Source: an uncultured Candidatus Binatia bacterium (GTDB lineage Bacteria > Desulfobacterota > Binatia > UBA9968 > JAJDTQ01). From it: a stretch of DNA of 64,000 bases. Shown one piece after another: positions 30,131 to 40,592 of this stretch (the stretch's first letter is position 1; every line of letters starts with the position of its first letter). The stretch is from NCBI GenBank assembly GCA_965215605.1, contig OZ244070.1, positions 3,744,001 through 3,808,000 of the forward strand, given 5' to 3'. The position numbers and the translations under genes are program-made. The notes below the pieces were generated by a model. The model saw only the letters and a list, made by a program, of their open reading frames with translations. It was not told where the DNA came from and did not search any database.

Positions 30131-32206
30131 ATGCTTGACTACTTCGGATCCCTGTTCGCCGGCCTTGGGGCCGTGCTGCCGTTCACCGCCGCCGGCCAGG
30201 ATCCCTTCATCTTCATGATGATCGGAATCGCCATCGGCTTTGCCGTGGGGATCTTGCCGGGGCTCGGCGGGGCCACCACGCTGGCGCTGATGCTGCCGTT
30301 CATCTACAAGATGGACCCCACCACGGCGTTCGCGTTTCTGCTGGGGAGCCACGCGGTCACCGCCACCACCGGCGACATCACCTCGGTGTTGTTCGGGGTT
30401 CCCGGCGAAGGCATCACCGCCGCCACCATCGTCGACGGCCATGCCATGGCCAAGCGCGGGGAAGCGGGGCGGGCGCTGGGAGCGGCGCTCATGAGCTCGC
30501 TCATCGGCGCCATCTTCGGCGCCTTCGCGCTGGCCCTGGCCATTCCCATCGTCCAGCCGCTGGTGCTGTCCATCGGCGCGCCCGAGTTCCTGATGCTCAG
30601 CCTCCTGGGCATTACCTTCCTGGCCTCCCTGAGCGGCGGCAACCTGGCCAAGGGTCTCACCGCCGGCGGCTTCGGCCTGGTGCTGGCCATGGTGGGGCTC
30701 GACGCCATCACCAGCGTCTCCCGCTACACGCTGGAGCCCATCCTCGGCAGCCAGAACGTCCTGTTCCTGTGGGACGGCCTTTCCCTGGTGGCGGTGACCG
30801 TGGGACTTTTTGCCATCCCGGAGATCATCGAGCTGGGGACCCAGGGAAGCAGCATCGCCCGGGACACGCCCAGCGCCCTGGGCGGGGTCATGCAAGGCGT
30901 ACGGGACACCTTCCGTCACTGGAAGCTGGTGCTCCGGTGCAGCGCCATCGGCACCTACATCGGACTGATTCCGGGTCTGGGCGGCGGTCCCGCCCAGTGG
31001 GTGGCCTACGCCCACGCGGTGCAGAGCGGTTCCTCGGACCAGACCTCTTTCGGCCAGGGAGCGGTGGAAGGGGTGCTGGGCCCCGGCGCCGCCAACAACT
31101 CCAAGGAAGGGGGCTCGCTGGTCCCCACCATCGCCTTCGGCGTGCCCGGCAGCGTCGGCATGGCAATCCTGCTGGGGGCCTTCATCATCCAGGGCATCGT
31201 CCCCGGTCCGGATCTCCTCAACCCGCACAAGCACCTGAACCTGACCTTCTCCTTCGTCTGGATCATCGTGCTCTCCAACATCATTACGGTGGCGGTCAGC
31301 TTCCTCTTCCTCAAGCAGTTGGCCCGGATCACCTTCGTCAAGGGCACCTACCTGATCCCGTTCCTGCTGCTGCTCATCTTCCTCGGCGGCTTCGCCGTCA
31401 AGAACAGCTTCGGCGACATGATCGTGGTGCTGCTATTCGGGGCGGTGGGGTGGCTGATGATCCGCAATGACTGGCAACGCCCTCCCTTGCTGCTGGGGCT
31501 CGTGCTCGGAGGCATCGCCGACAACAACCTGTTCCTCACCAGCAAGATCTACGGCATGAGCTGGGTGACGCGGCCCGGGGTGATCGTCATCGGGCTCATG
31601 ATCGCCGGGGCGTTGCTGTACCCGCTCTGGCAGGCGCGCAGGCAGCGCCGGCCGTTGGAAGCGGAAGTGGAAGGACGGGCCGGCGAGGAGTACGAGGATA
31701 CCGGTCCTCCGGAGGGAGGAGAAGCATCCAAGTCGGAGCGGACTCTCTTCGCCGGGCTGTTCGTCGCCATCTTCGTCTACGTGGTTTACGAGGCACTCTA
31801 CGGTTTCGGCGCGGTGGAGAAGCAGGCCGCGCTGTTCCCCCTGGCCGTGGGCCTGCCGAGTCTCGCGCTGGCGATTGTGGCTCTGATCCATGAATTCCGT
31901 GTTCCGGTGCCGGCGGCGGTGGCGGAGACCGCCGCCATCGCGGCCGAGCGAGCGCTGCTGCGCCGACGCACCGTGGGCATCGTATGCTGGACGGTGGGCT
32001 TCTTCCTCGCCATCTGGCTTCTCGGGTTCATCACGGCATCGGCGGTGGCGACGCTCGCCTACCTCAAGCTGGGCGCCGGCGAGAAGTGGGGCATCAGCAT
32101 CGCGCTGACCGCGGTGGCCTGGGGCTTCTTCTTCGGCCTGTTCGACTACGGGCTGCACCTGCCTTTCCCGCCCGGCGAACTGTTCGTCTGGCTCGGGATC
32201 GCCTGA
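30131..32206 (+). CDS. tctA: Tripartite tricarboxylate transporter TctA with fused C-terminal TctB-like domain
   Basis: GILPGLG, GVPG and AANNSKEGG motifs. An acidic linker follows residue ~500, then about four further TM helices ending LPFPPG. Confidence 0.88.
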   Translation: MLDYFGSLFAGLGAVLPFTAAGQDPFIFMMIGIAIGFAVGILPGLGGATTLALMLPFIYKMDPTTAFAFLLGSHAVTATTGDITSVLFGVPGEGITAATIVDGHAMAKRGEAGRALGAALMSSLIGAIFGAFALALAIPIVQPLVLSIGAPEFLMLSLLGITFLASLSGGNLAKGLTAGGFGLVLAMVGLDAITSVSRYTLEPILGSQNVLFLWDGLSLVAVTVGLFAIPEIIELGTQGSSIARDTPSALGGVMQGVRDTFRHWKLVLRCSAIGTYIGLIPGLGGGPAQWVAYAHAVQSGSSDQTSFGQGAVEGVLGPGAANNSKEGGSLVPTIAFGVPGSVGMAILLGAFIIQGIVPGPDLLNPHKHLNLTFSFVWIIVLSNIITVAVSFLFLKQLARITFVKGTYLIPFLLLLIFLGGFAVKNSFGDMIVVLLFGAVGWLMIRNDWQRPPLLLGLVLGGIADNNLFLTSKIYGMSWVTRPGVIVIGLMIAGALLYPLWQARRQRRPLEAEVEGRAGEEYEDTGPPEGGEASKSERTLFAGLFVAIFVYVVYEALYGFGAVEKQAALFPLAVGLPSLALAIVALIHEFRVPVPAAVAETAAIAAERALLRRRTVGIVCWTVGFFLAIWLLGFITASAVATLAYLKLGAGEKWGISIALTAVAWGFFFGLFDYGLHLPFPPGELFVWLGIA

Positions 32207-32234
32207 CCACCGTCTCATTCAACGAGGTTCGAAC

Positions 32235-33785
32235 ATGGACGCATCCTGGGACCGGGAGACCGATGTTGTGGTGATGGGCTACGGGTATTCCGGCGGCATA
32301 GCGGCCATCGTGGCGCACGATCTCGGCGCCCGTGTCATGCTGCTGGAGAAGATGGAACACCCCGGCGGCAACTCCATCCTCTCCGGCGGTTTCTTCAGGA
32401 TCACCGACGACGTGGACAAGGCCTTCGCCTACCTCAAACGCATGTGCCTCAACACCGTGCCCGACCCGGTGATCCACACCTTCGCCCGGGAGCTTCACAC
32501 CCTTTCCGGATTCATGAAGGAGCTCACCGACGAAACCGAAATCCAGGTGCAGGAACGGCACGGGACCGGCGGCACCTACCGTTTCGACGGCGGCCCTCCG
32601 GGAGACGCCATCGGCCTTCTGGCGGTGAAGAGCGACGAGGCCCAGTGCTACCCCTGGCTCCAGGTCCACGGCACCGGCTGGATCGCCTTCAAGGTGGTGG
32701 AAGACAACGTGAACAAGCGCGGCATCGACGTGTCCCTGTCCACGCCGGTGCGGGAGCTGATCTCGGACGAGCAGGGAAGGGTGATGGGAGTGGTGGCCGA
32801 GAGCGACGGCAACTCCCTGCGGATACGGGCGCGGAAGGGCGTGGTCCTGGCCGCGGGAGGCTTCGAGCACAACGAGCATCTCCGGCTCCAGTACCTCCAG
32901 GCGCAACCGTTCCATCCCATCTGCGCGCCGGGCAACACCGGTGACGGCCTGCTCATGGGGCAGAAGGCCGGAGCGGGCCTGTGGCACATGTGGCACGTCC
33001 ACGGCGGCTACGGCTTCAAGGCGCCGGAATATCCCATCGCCTTCCGCCACCGTATCCAGGGGCGCCACGGCGCCAACCACCTGCCCAAGCCGGGCGAGGA
33101 ATTCTCGCTCAAGAGCGGCGATGAGGGGCCGAAGATGATGCCCTGGATCGTGGTCGACAAGTTCGGCAAGCGCTACATGGACGAGTACCCGCCGGCGCCC
33201 CAGGACAGCCCCTGGCGCGACATGAGCCTCTACGACGTGCACGTCAAGGATTTCCCCCGGATTCCGTCGCACATGATCTTCGACGAGAACGGGCGCATCA
33301 CCGGACCCATGTTCACGCCCATCAGCGACCACCCCTCCCGCCGCTACGAGTGGAGCGTGGACAACTCCGCGGAGCTGGCCAAGGGCTGGATCAAGCAGGC
33401 CTCCACCATCGAGGGGCTCGCGCGGGTCATCGGCGTCCCGGAAGACAACCTGGCCGCCACCGTGGCGCGCTGGAACGAGATCTGCGACCGGAAAGAGGAC
33501 ACGGACTTCCGCCGCTTCGCCGGCAGCCTGTTCCCCATCTTCAAACCGCCGTTCTACGCGGTGGAGGTCTGGCCCGTCATCACCAACACCCAGGGGGCGT
33601 TGGCCCATGACCAGGACCAACGGGTGCTGGACGCCCACGACCAACCCATCCCGGGCCTCTACTGCGCCGGCGAGATGGGCGGCGTGTTCGGCCACCTCTA
33701 CCTGAACTCCGGCAACAACTCGGAGGCATTCATCACTGGCATGATCGCCGGGCGCCACATTGCGGGAGAACGGGCCGGCGGATGA
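32235..33785 (+). CDS. FAD-binding oxidoreductase, paralog of 28607..30115
   Basis: DVVVMGYGYSGG, LAAGGFE, NTGDG, WHMWHVHG and NTQG motifs. Confidence 0.88.
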   Translation: MDASWDRETDVVVMGYGYSGGIAAIVAHDLGARVMLLEKMEHPGGNSILSGGFFRITDDVDKAFAYLKRMCLNTVPDPVIHTFARELHTLSGFMKELTDETEIQVQERHGTGGTYRFDGGPPGDAIGLLAVKSDEAQCYPWLQVHGTGWIAFKVVEDNVNKRGIDVSLSTPVRELISDEQGRVMGVVAESDGNSLRIRARKGVVLAAGGFEHNEHLRLQYLQAQPFHPICAPGNTGDGLLMGQKAGAGLWHMWHVHGGYGFKAPEYPIAFRHRIQGRHGANHLPKPGEEFSLKSGDEGPKMMPWIVVDKFGKRYMDEYPPAPQDSPWRDMSLYDVHVKDFPRIPSHMIFDENGRITGPMFTPISDHPSRRYEWSVDNSAELAKGWIKQASTIEGLARVIGVPEDNLAATVARWNEICDRKEDTDFRRFAGSLFPIFKPPFYAVEVWPVITNTQGALAHDQDQRVLDAHDQPIPGLYCAGEMGGVFGHLYLNSGNNSEAFITGMIAGRHIAGERAGG

Positions 33786-34750
33786 GCGTGCTGGTCACCG
33801 GCGGCACCGGCTTCGTGGGGATCCACGTGACGGCCCAGTTGGCCGAGTCGGGGGAGTCCGTAGTGGCGTTTTCCGCGGAGGGTGAGCTGGATGACGCCGC
33901 GCGAGACCTCCTCGGGCCGGCCCGGGAGCGGGTGACCTGCGTCAAGGGCGACGTCCTGGACCTCCAATCCCTGCTCGCCGCCCTGGACCACCACGGCGCC
34001 GACCGAATCATCCACGGCGCCGCCGTCACCGCCATCGGCGACCTGGAACCGGATGCAGCGCGGCAGGCCGCCCTGGTGAACGTCGGCGGCACCGCCACGG
34101 TATTGGAAGCCGCGCGTCTGGCCGAGGTGAAACGATTCGTTCACCTGAGCTCGGCGAGCGTCTATGGCGCCGCCGATCCACGAGTTCCCCTTGACGAAGA
34201 ATCACCCATCGAGCCCAACGGCATCTACGGCATCACCAAACGTGCCGGGGAAGACATCGTACGCCGTTATATCGAGCTGTTCGGCATGGACGGGGTCATC
34301 CTGCGCCTTTCCGCCCCCTATGGTCCGCTGGAACGCCCCAACCGTTTACGGACCGTCATGTCGCCGGTGTTCCACTGGTGCCGGGCCGCGCTCAACGGCG
34401 ACGAAGTGGAGTTGGCGGACGATCTCGAGCGCGACCTCACCTACGTATCGGATACTGCCCGGTGCGTGGTGCTGGCGTTCCAGAGCCCGAAACTGCGCCA
34501 TGATGTCTACAACGCGAGCTGTGGTGAAAGTCTCCGCTTCTCTGATATCCTCGCGGTCCTCGCACGTGTCCGCCCGGGATTCCGGTTCCGGCTCAAGGGA
34601 GGGGGCGAGTTGTCACCGTTCTTCCGGGACAGCCTTCGCGGCCCCCTGTTCATGGAACGGGCGAGAACCGATCTGGGCTTTGTGCCGCGGTACGACATCG
34701 AGAGTGGATTGAGTCATTATCTGGACTGGCTGGCAACGCATCCCATCTAG
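33782..34750 (+). CDS. NAD-dependent epimerase/dehydratase
   Basis: VTGGTGFVG, SSASVYG and YGITK motifs. ATGA overlap with the upstream gene. Confidence 0.9.
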   Translation: MSVLVTGGTGFVGIHVTAQLAESGESVVAFSAEGELDDAARDLLGPARERVTCVKGDVLDLQSLLAALDHHGADRIIHGAAVTAIGDLEPDAARQAALVNVGGTATVLEAARLAEVKRFVHLSSASVYGAADPRVPLDEESPIEPNGIYGITKRAGEDIVRRYIELFGMDGVILRLSAPYGPLERPNRLRTVMSPVFHWCRAALNGDEVELADDLERDLTYVSDTARCVVLAFQSPKLRHDVYNASCGESLRFSDILAVLARVRPGFRFRLKGGGELSPFFRDSLRGPLFMERARTDLGFVPRYDIESGLSHYLDWLATHPI

Positions 34751-34783
34751 TGTCCTGTCCGAATCACTTGCGGGAGTTGATGC

Positions 34784-35650
34784 ATGATCCCAAGGGCATT
34801 CGAATACTTCGATCCTTCGACGCTGGAAGAGGCCGTGGCGTTGCTCGAACAGCACGGTGACGACGCCAAGCTCATTGCCGGGGGCCAGAGTCTGCTGCCG
34901 ATGATGAAACTGAGGATGGTATCACCGGCGGTGGTGGTGGACCTCTGGCGCGTGCCGGACCTCGACTTCATCCAGCGGGACGACGGCGTCATCCGCATCG
35001 GCGCCATGACGACCCACTACGCCTTGCACAGCTCGGAGGTGATCCAAAGTACCTTGCCGGCCCTGGCGGACGCCGCCCGGGTGGTGGGAGACCCGCTGGT
35101 GCGCAATCTCGGCACCATCGGCGGCAGCGCCGCGCACGCGGCCCCCAACGCCGACTATCCCGCCGTGCTGGTGGCTCTCGGAGCCGAGCTCCAGGCGGTC
35201 GGCCCCGCCGGCAAGAGGAGCATCAGGGCTGCGGATTTCTTCACCGACACTTTCACAACTTGTCTGGGACCCGATGAAATCGTGACGGAAATCTCGATTC
35301 CGCTCCCCGGAAGCGCGGATCGGAGCGCCTACCTGAAGCTGAGCCGGCGTGGAACCGATTTCGCCATCGTCGGCGTTGCCGCGATGCTCGCCGAGGGCAA
35401 CGACGGCCACTGCGTCGACGCCAGCCTGGTGCTCAGCGGGGTAGCTGACGTTCCCGTGCGTGCCACGGAGGCCGAGGACATCCTCAAGGCCGGACCGCTG
35501 GATTCGGAGCGTATGCTTGAAGCCGGCGAGGCCGCCAAGCATAACCTCGACCCTCCGTCCGACGTCCAGGCAGACGCGCAGTATCGTGTCGACGTGGCCG
35601 CAGTTTATGTACGGCGCGCGGTGGCGGCGGCGTGGGAGCGAGAAGGTTAG
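34784..35650 (+). CDS. Molybdenum hydroxylase FAD subunit (CoxM/XdhB-like)
   Basis: IAGGQSL, RNLGTIGGS and DFAIVG motifs. Confidence 0.92.
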   Translation: MIPRAFEYFDPSTLEEAVALLEQHGDDAKLIAGGQSLLPMMKLRMVSPAVVVDLWRVPDLDFIQRDDGVIRIGAMTTHYALHSSEVIQSTLPALADAARVVGDPLVRNLGTIGGSAAHAAPNADYPAVLVALGAELQAVGPAGKRSIRAADFFTDTFTTCLGPDEIVTEISIPLPGSADRSAYLKLSRRGTDFAIVGVAAMLAEGNDGHCVDASLVLSGVADVPVRATEAEDILKAGPLDSERMLEAGEAAKHNLDPPSDVQADAQYRVDVAAVYVRRAVAAAWEREG

Positions 35651-35689
35651 TCCTCCGTCACCAGACACGACACCAGGAAACGAGGCATC

Positions 35690-36178
<489 letters not shown>

Positions 36179-36182
36179 AGCC

Positions 36183-38549
36183 ATGCCAATGATCGGTCAA
36201 AGCATCAAGCGGCGCGAGGACCTCAAGTACGTAACCGGCTCGGGCACGTACGTGGACGACATCACCCTGCCGGGCATGCTCCACGCCGTTTTCGTGCGCA
36301 GTCCCCACGCCCACGCCCGGTTGCTGGGCGTGGACACCAGCAAGGCGCTGGAGCACCCCAAGGGAGTCGACGCCGTCACCGGCGCGGAAGCCTACCCGCT
36401 GGCGGGCCCCATGCCCGTTTACAGCTACCGCCAGGCCACCGCCGTCAAGAAGCCGGACTACCGCTGTCTGGCCCACGACCGGGTGCGCTTCGTGGGCGAG
36501 CCGGTGGCGCTGGTGGCGGCCGCGGACCGGTACGCCGCGGACGACGTGGCCGAGCTGGTGGAGGTCCGGTACGAGCCCCTGGAGCCCCTGATGGACCCGG
36601 ACGAGTCCCTCAAGCCGGGGGCGCCAAAGCTGCACGACAACCTGGACAACAACGTGGGACTTCGCATCGAACGCCAGGGAGGGGACATGGAGGCCGCCTA
36701 CCGGGAGGCCGACTTCGTCTTCAAGCGGCGCTACCGCATGCACCGCCACACCGGCACGCCCATCGAGACCCGGGGCTGCATCGCCCAGTACAACACCGGC
36801 ACGAAGGAGTTGACCCTCCACTGCTCGACCCAGATACCGCACATCCTCAAGACCCACCTGTCGGAGATCCTGGACTTCCCCGAGTTCAAGATCCGGGTCA
36901 TCGCGCCGGACGTGGGCGGGGGCTTCGGCAACAAGCTGCAGGTGCCGCCGGAGGTGGTGGCGCTGTGCCTGATGGCCATCAAGACGCGCCGGCCGGTGAA
37001 GTGGATCGAGACCCGCCGGGAGAGCCTGATGGCGTTCCTGCACGCCCGGGAGCAGACCCACGACGTGGAGATACCGGTGAAGCGGGACGGCACCATCCTG
37101 GGCATCAAGTCCCACGAGATCGTCAACGCCGGCGGCTATCTCGACGCCCGCATCAGCGGCCCGTCGCTGGGCGCCGGCATGTGGCTGCCCGGACCCTACA
37201 TGGTGAAGGGGTACCAGGTGGACATCGACGCGGTGATGACCAACAAGTGCCCGTACGGCGCCTACCGGGGGTTCGGCAGCCAGATGGGCGCGCTGGTCAT
37301 CGAGCGCTCGGTGGACCTCATCGCCAGGCAACTCGGCCGCGACCCGGTGGACCTGCGCCGGCAGAACGTCATCAAGGAGACGCCCTACAAGTGCGTCACC
37401 GGGCACGAGTTCGACAGCGGCGACTACGTGGCCGGACTCGACAAGGCCCTGGAGATGGTGGACTACCCGGTGCTCCGGGAAGAGCAGGCGCGGCTCCGCA
37501 AGGAAGGCCGCTACATGGGCATCGGCGTGGCCATGGCGGTGGAGGGCGCGGGCTGGAACACCTACACCGCGGCCATGGCCCAGCACTACGTACCCACGCT
37601 GGACTACGCCACCGTCACCATGCGCATGGACACCTCCGGCAACGTCAAGGTGCTCATCGGCGACGTCGCCTGCGGCACCAGCCACGCCACCACCGCGGCG
37701 CAGGTGGCGGCCGACGCCACCGGGCTGCCCATCGAAACCATCGAAGTGGTGGAAGGGGACACCGCGGTGACGCCCTACGACTCGGGCACCCGCGCCGCGC
37801 GGTTCAGCGCGGTGGTGCTGCCCGCGGTGGCGGAATCGGGCATGGCGCTCAAGAAGAAGGTGTGCCGCGTCGGCGCCCACCTGCTGGAAGGGGCCGAGGA
37901 TGACATGGATATCGTCGAGGGGCAGGTGCAGGTGCGGGGCGTGCCGGGCAAGAGCCTGCCGGTGAGCCGGGTGGCGCGGGTGGCCTACTCGGAGGTGGCG
38001 ACCCTGCCCCGGGAGATTCCCGCGGGGCTCGAGGCCACCGAATCGTTCAAGGCGCCGGTGAGCGGCCTCTGCATCACCTGGCCCTACTCCATTCACATCC
38101 CGGTGGTGGAGGTGGACATCGAAACCGGCACCGTGAAGTTCCTGCGCTACGCCATCGTCCATGACTGCGGGGTGGAGGTCAACCCCATGGTGGTGGAAGG
38201 GCAGGTGGTGGGGGGCACCGCCCAGGGCGTGGGCGGCGCGCTGCTGGAAGAGCTGGTCTACGACGAGGACGGCCAACTCCTCACCACCAGCTTCATGGAC
38301 TACCTCATCCCCACCGCCACGGACATGCCGTCCTTCGAGGTGTGCCACCTGCAGACCCCGGCGCCGCAGATTCCCGGCGGCTACAAGGGAATGGGGGAGG
38401 GCGGCTGCGTGTACGTCTACGCCGCGGTGGTGAACGCCGTGGCCGACGCCATCGAGCCACTGGGGGTGGAGATCACCTCCACCCCGCTGTCGCCCAGCCG
38501 GATCCTGAAGCTGTTGCGGGAAGCCGGGAGCAACGGAGGAAATGCCTGA
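36183..38549 (+). CDS. Molybdopterin-binding large subunit of a xanthine dehydrogenase/CoxL-family hydroxylase (not a form I CODH)
   Basis: STQIPH, GGGFGNK, AYRGFG and KGMGEGG motifs. Confidence 0.92.
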   Translation: MPMIGQSIKRREDLKYVTGSGTYVDDITLPGMLHAVFVRSPHAHARLLGVDTSKALEHPKGVDAVTGAEAYPLAGPMPVYSYRQATAVKKPDYRCLAHDRVRFVGEPVALVAAADRYAADDVAELVEVRYEPLEPLMDPDESLKPGAPKLHDNLDNNVGLRIERQGGDMEAAYREADFVFKRRYRMHRHTGTPIETRGCIAQYNTGTKELTLHCSTQIPHILKTHLSEILDFPEFKIRVIAPDVGGGFGNKLQVPPEVVALCLMAIKTRRPVKWIETRRESLMAFLHAREQTHDVEIPVKRDGTILGIKSHEIVNAGGYLDARISGPSLGAGMWLPGPYMVKGYQVDIDAVMTNKCPYGAYRGFGSQMGALVIERSVDLIARQLGRDPVDLRRQNVIKETPYKCVTGHEFDSGDYVAGLDKALEMVDYPVLREEQARLRKEGRYMGIGVAMAVEGAGWNTYTAAMAQHYVPTLDYATVTMRMDTSGNVKVLIGDVACGTSHATTAAQVAADATGLPIETIEVVEGDTAVTPYDSGTRAARFSAVVLPAVAESGMALKKKVCRVGAHLLEGAEDDMDIVEGQVQVRGVPGKSLPVSRVARVAYSEVATLPREIPAGLEATESFKAPVSGLCITWPYSIHIPVVEVDIETGTVKFLRYAIVHDCGVEVNPMVVEGQVVGGTAQGVGGALLEELVYDEDGQLLTTSFMDYLIPTATDMPSFEVCHLQTPAPQIPGGYKGMGEGGCVYVYAAVVNAVADAIEPLGVEITSTPLSPSRILKLLREAGSNGGNA

Positions 38550-39820
38550 TGCGTATCCGAGAGCTTGTGGAGGCCTGCCGCCAGCACGACGACCTGTGCA
38601 CGGTCGGCGAGGCCATCGACCGGGAGTCCATGCCCGGGCGGATCCAGGACGAGGAAAAGAACGGCAACCGCGCCATCCTGTTCGAGCGCGTCAACGGCTA
38701 TGACGTGCCCGTGCTGGCCAACCTCTACGGCAGCATGGAGCGTTACGCCCTGGGCATGGGGGTGGAGGTCTCGAAGATGTGGGAGCACATCGACCACGCG
38801 GTGACGCATCCCGAGCCGGTGCGGACCACGGACGACGCCCCCTGCTTCGAGGTGGTCCACGACGACCCGGACATCACCCGACTCCTGCCGCTGGCGCAGT
38901 ACTCCGAGCGGGACGCCGGACCCTACATCACCTCCGGGGTGGTTTTCATGAAGGACCCGGAGACCGGGCGGGTCAACATCTCGTTCATCCGCCACATGGT
39001 AAAGGGCCCCCGGAAGCTGGGGTTCAACCCCAAGTCGGTGCACAACCGGCTCTACTACAACAGGATCGCCCGCAAGGGCCGGCGCATGGAAGTGGCCATC
39101 ACCCTTGGGCCGCCGTCGGAGATGCTGGCGGCGGCCGCCGGCTACATTCCCGAGGGGGTGGACGAGGTCCAGGTGGCCACGGCTCTGGCGGCGCCCGAGC
39201 ACCGCGGCGAGTTGGCCATGGCGCAGTGCGGCGCCGTGGACATCCAGGTGCCCGCGGGGTGCGAGTTCGTCATCGAGGGGGTGGTCTCCACCGAACTGGA
39301 TACCGAAGGCCCTTTCGGCGACTGGACGGGCTGCTACGCCCGGCCGCAGCAGAAACCCACCCTGGACATCCTGCGGGTGTCGCACCGCAAGGACCCGGTG
39401 TACCAGACCATCCTGCCGGTGGACTCCAGGGAGCAGATCCTGCTCACCATCGTACGGTTCCTGCCGGAGCTGGAAGCGATCCAGCGCAAGTATCCCGAGA
39501 TCAAGCGCTACACGGTGCCCGACTACGCCCTGGGCCGGCTGGTGGTGGCCGCGGTGGGACCCACGGAGCGGGCGCCCGCTATCATGGACGACTACCTCGG
39601 CATCCAGTGCATCAACCGCGCCATCCTGGTGAACGAGGACGTGAACATCGACGACCCCGCGGACGTGCTCTGGGCCGTGAGCAACCGGATACTGGAACCG
39701 GAGAAGGTGGTGGACCGAGGCTGCGACGACGAGTGGTGGAACAACCTGAAGCTGGGGATCGACACCATGGTGGACATCGACGACATCCGCCACGTCCGGC
39801 CCAGGATCATCCACCGTTGA
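38549..39820 (+). CDS. UbiD family decarboxylase (divergent, 423 aa)
   Basis: DAGPYITSG, EFVIEG, EGPFGDWTG and KLGID motifs. TGATG overlap with the upstream gene. Confidence 0.88.
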   Translation: MRIRELVEACRQHDDLCTVGEAIDRESMPGRIQDEEKNGNRAILFERVNGYDVPVLANLYGSMERYALGMGVEVSKMWEHIDHAVTHPEPVRTTDDAPCFEVVHDDPDITRLLPLAQYSERDAGPYITSGVVFMKDPETGRVNISFIRHMVKGPRKLGFNPKSVHNRLYYNRIARKGRRMEVAITLGPPSEMLAAAAGYIPEGVDEVQVATALAAPEHRGELAMAQCGAVDIQVPAGCEFVIEGVVSTELDTEGPFGDWTGCYARPQQKPTLDILRVSHRKDPVYQTILPVDSREQILLTIVRFLPELEAIQRKYPEIKRYTVPDYALGRLVVAAVGPTERAPAIMDDYLGIQCINRAILVNEDVNIDDPADVLWAVSNRILEPEKVVDRGCDDEWWNNLKLGIDTMVDIDDIRHVRPRIIHR

Positions 39821-39839
39821 GCGCGGGAAGGAGCCAACC

Positions 39840-40511
39840 ATGCCGAAGCTCATCGACCTGAGCCTGCCCCTGACCGCCAACGTCACCGTGGTGCCGGGCC
39901 ATCCGACCCTGTCGTTCCACCCGATCCACACCCACGAGACCCACGGCCGCTCCAACACCGAGATGCACGCGAGCATCCACACCGGCACCCACTGCGACCC
40001 GCCGTATCATTTCGTTCCCGGCGGCAAGACCATCGACCAGATGCCGCTGGAGCGCTTCATGGGGCCGGCGGTGAAGATCGACCTGCGCCGCAAGGTGAAA
40101 CCCAGGACCGGCATCACTATCGACGACGTCCGCACCTCACCGGGTTTTCGGGAACGGGACCTCAAGGGAAGGATCGTGGTGTTCCACACCGGCTGGAACC
40201 GCAAGATGTTCGGCAATCCCAACTACTACTTCGACAACCCCTTCATCACCACCGAGCTGGCGCGCTGGCTGGTCTCGAAGCGCATCAAGGCGCTGGCGCT
40301 GGACTCGCCGCAGGACCAGGCGCAGGGGACGGGGGAGCCGAAGCACGGGGATTTTCCCGTGCACCGGACCTTTCTGGGCAAGGGCATCCCGTTCATCGAG
40401 CACCTGGCCAACCTGCACAAGGTCCCCAAGCGGACCTTCACGATGATCGCATTCCCGATCAAGATCGAGGGCGGGGACGGGGCGCCGTGCCGCGCCGTCG
40501 CCGTGGTTTAG
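39840..40511 (+). CDS. Cyclase family protein (kynurenine formamidase-like metallohydrolase)
   Basis: HTGTHCDPPYH, FPVH, IEHL and DGAPCRAVA motifs. Confidence 0.92.
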   Translation: MPKLIDLSLPLTANVTVVPGHPTLSFHPIHTHETHGRSNTEMHASIHTGTHCDPPYHFVPGGKTIDQMPLERFMGPAVKIDLRRKVKPRTGITIDDVRTSPGFRERDLKGRIVVFHTGWNRKMFGNPNYYFDNPFITTELARWLVSKRIKALALDSPQDQAQGTGEPKHGDFPVHRTFLGKGIPFIEHLANLHKVPKRTFTMIAFPIKIEGGDGAPCRAVAVV

Positions 40512-40525
40512 AACCCGGATGCAGA

Positions 40526-40557
40526 ACGCCCCTTTCCGCTTCGGCGAAAAGGGGCGT
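40526..40557. terminator. Hairpin with cUUCGg tetraloop between convergent genes
   Basis: ACGCCCCTTTCCGC-TTCG-GCGAAAAGGGGCGT, a 14-bp stem with one mismatch. Confidence 0.65.
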
Positions 40558-40592
40558 GTCACGGCGTCAGCCGCAAGCGGGTGCGTGGACCC

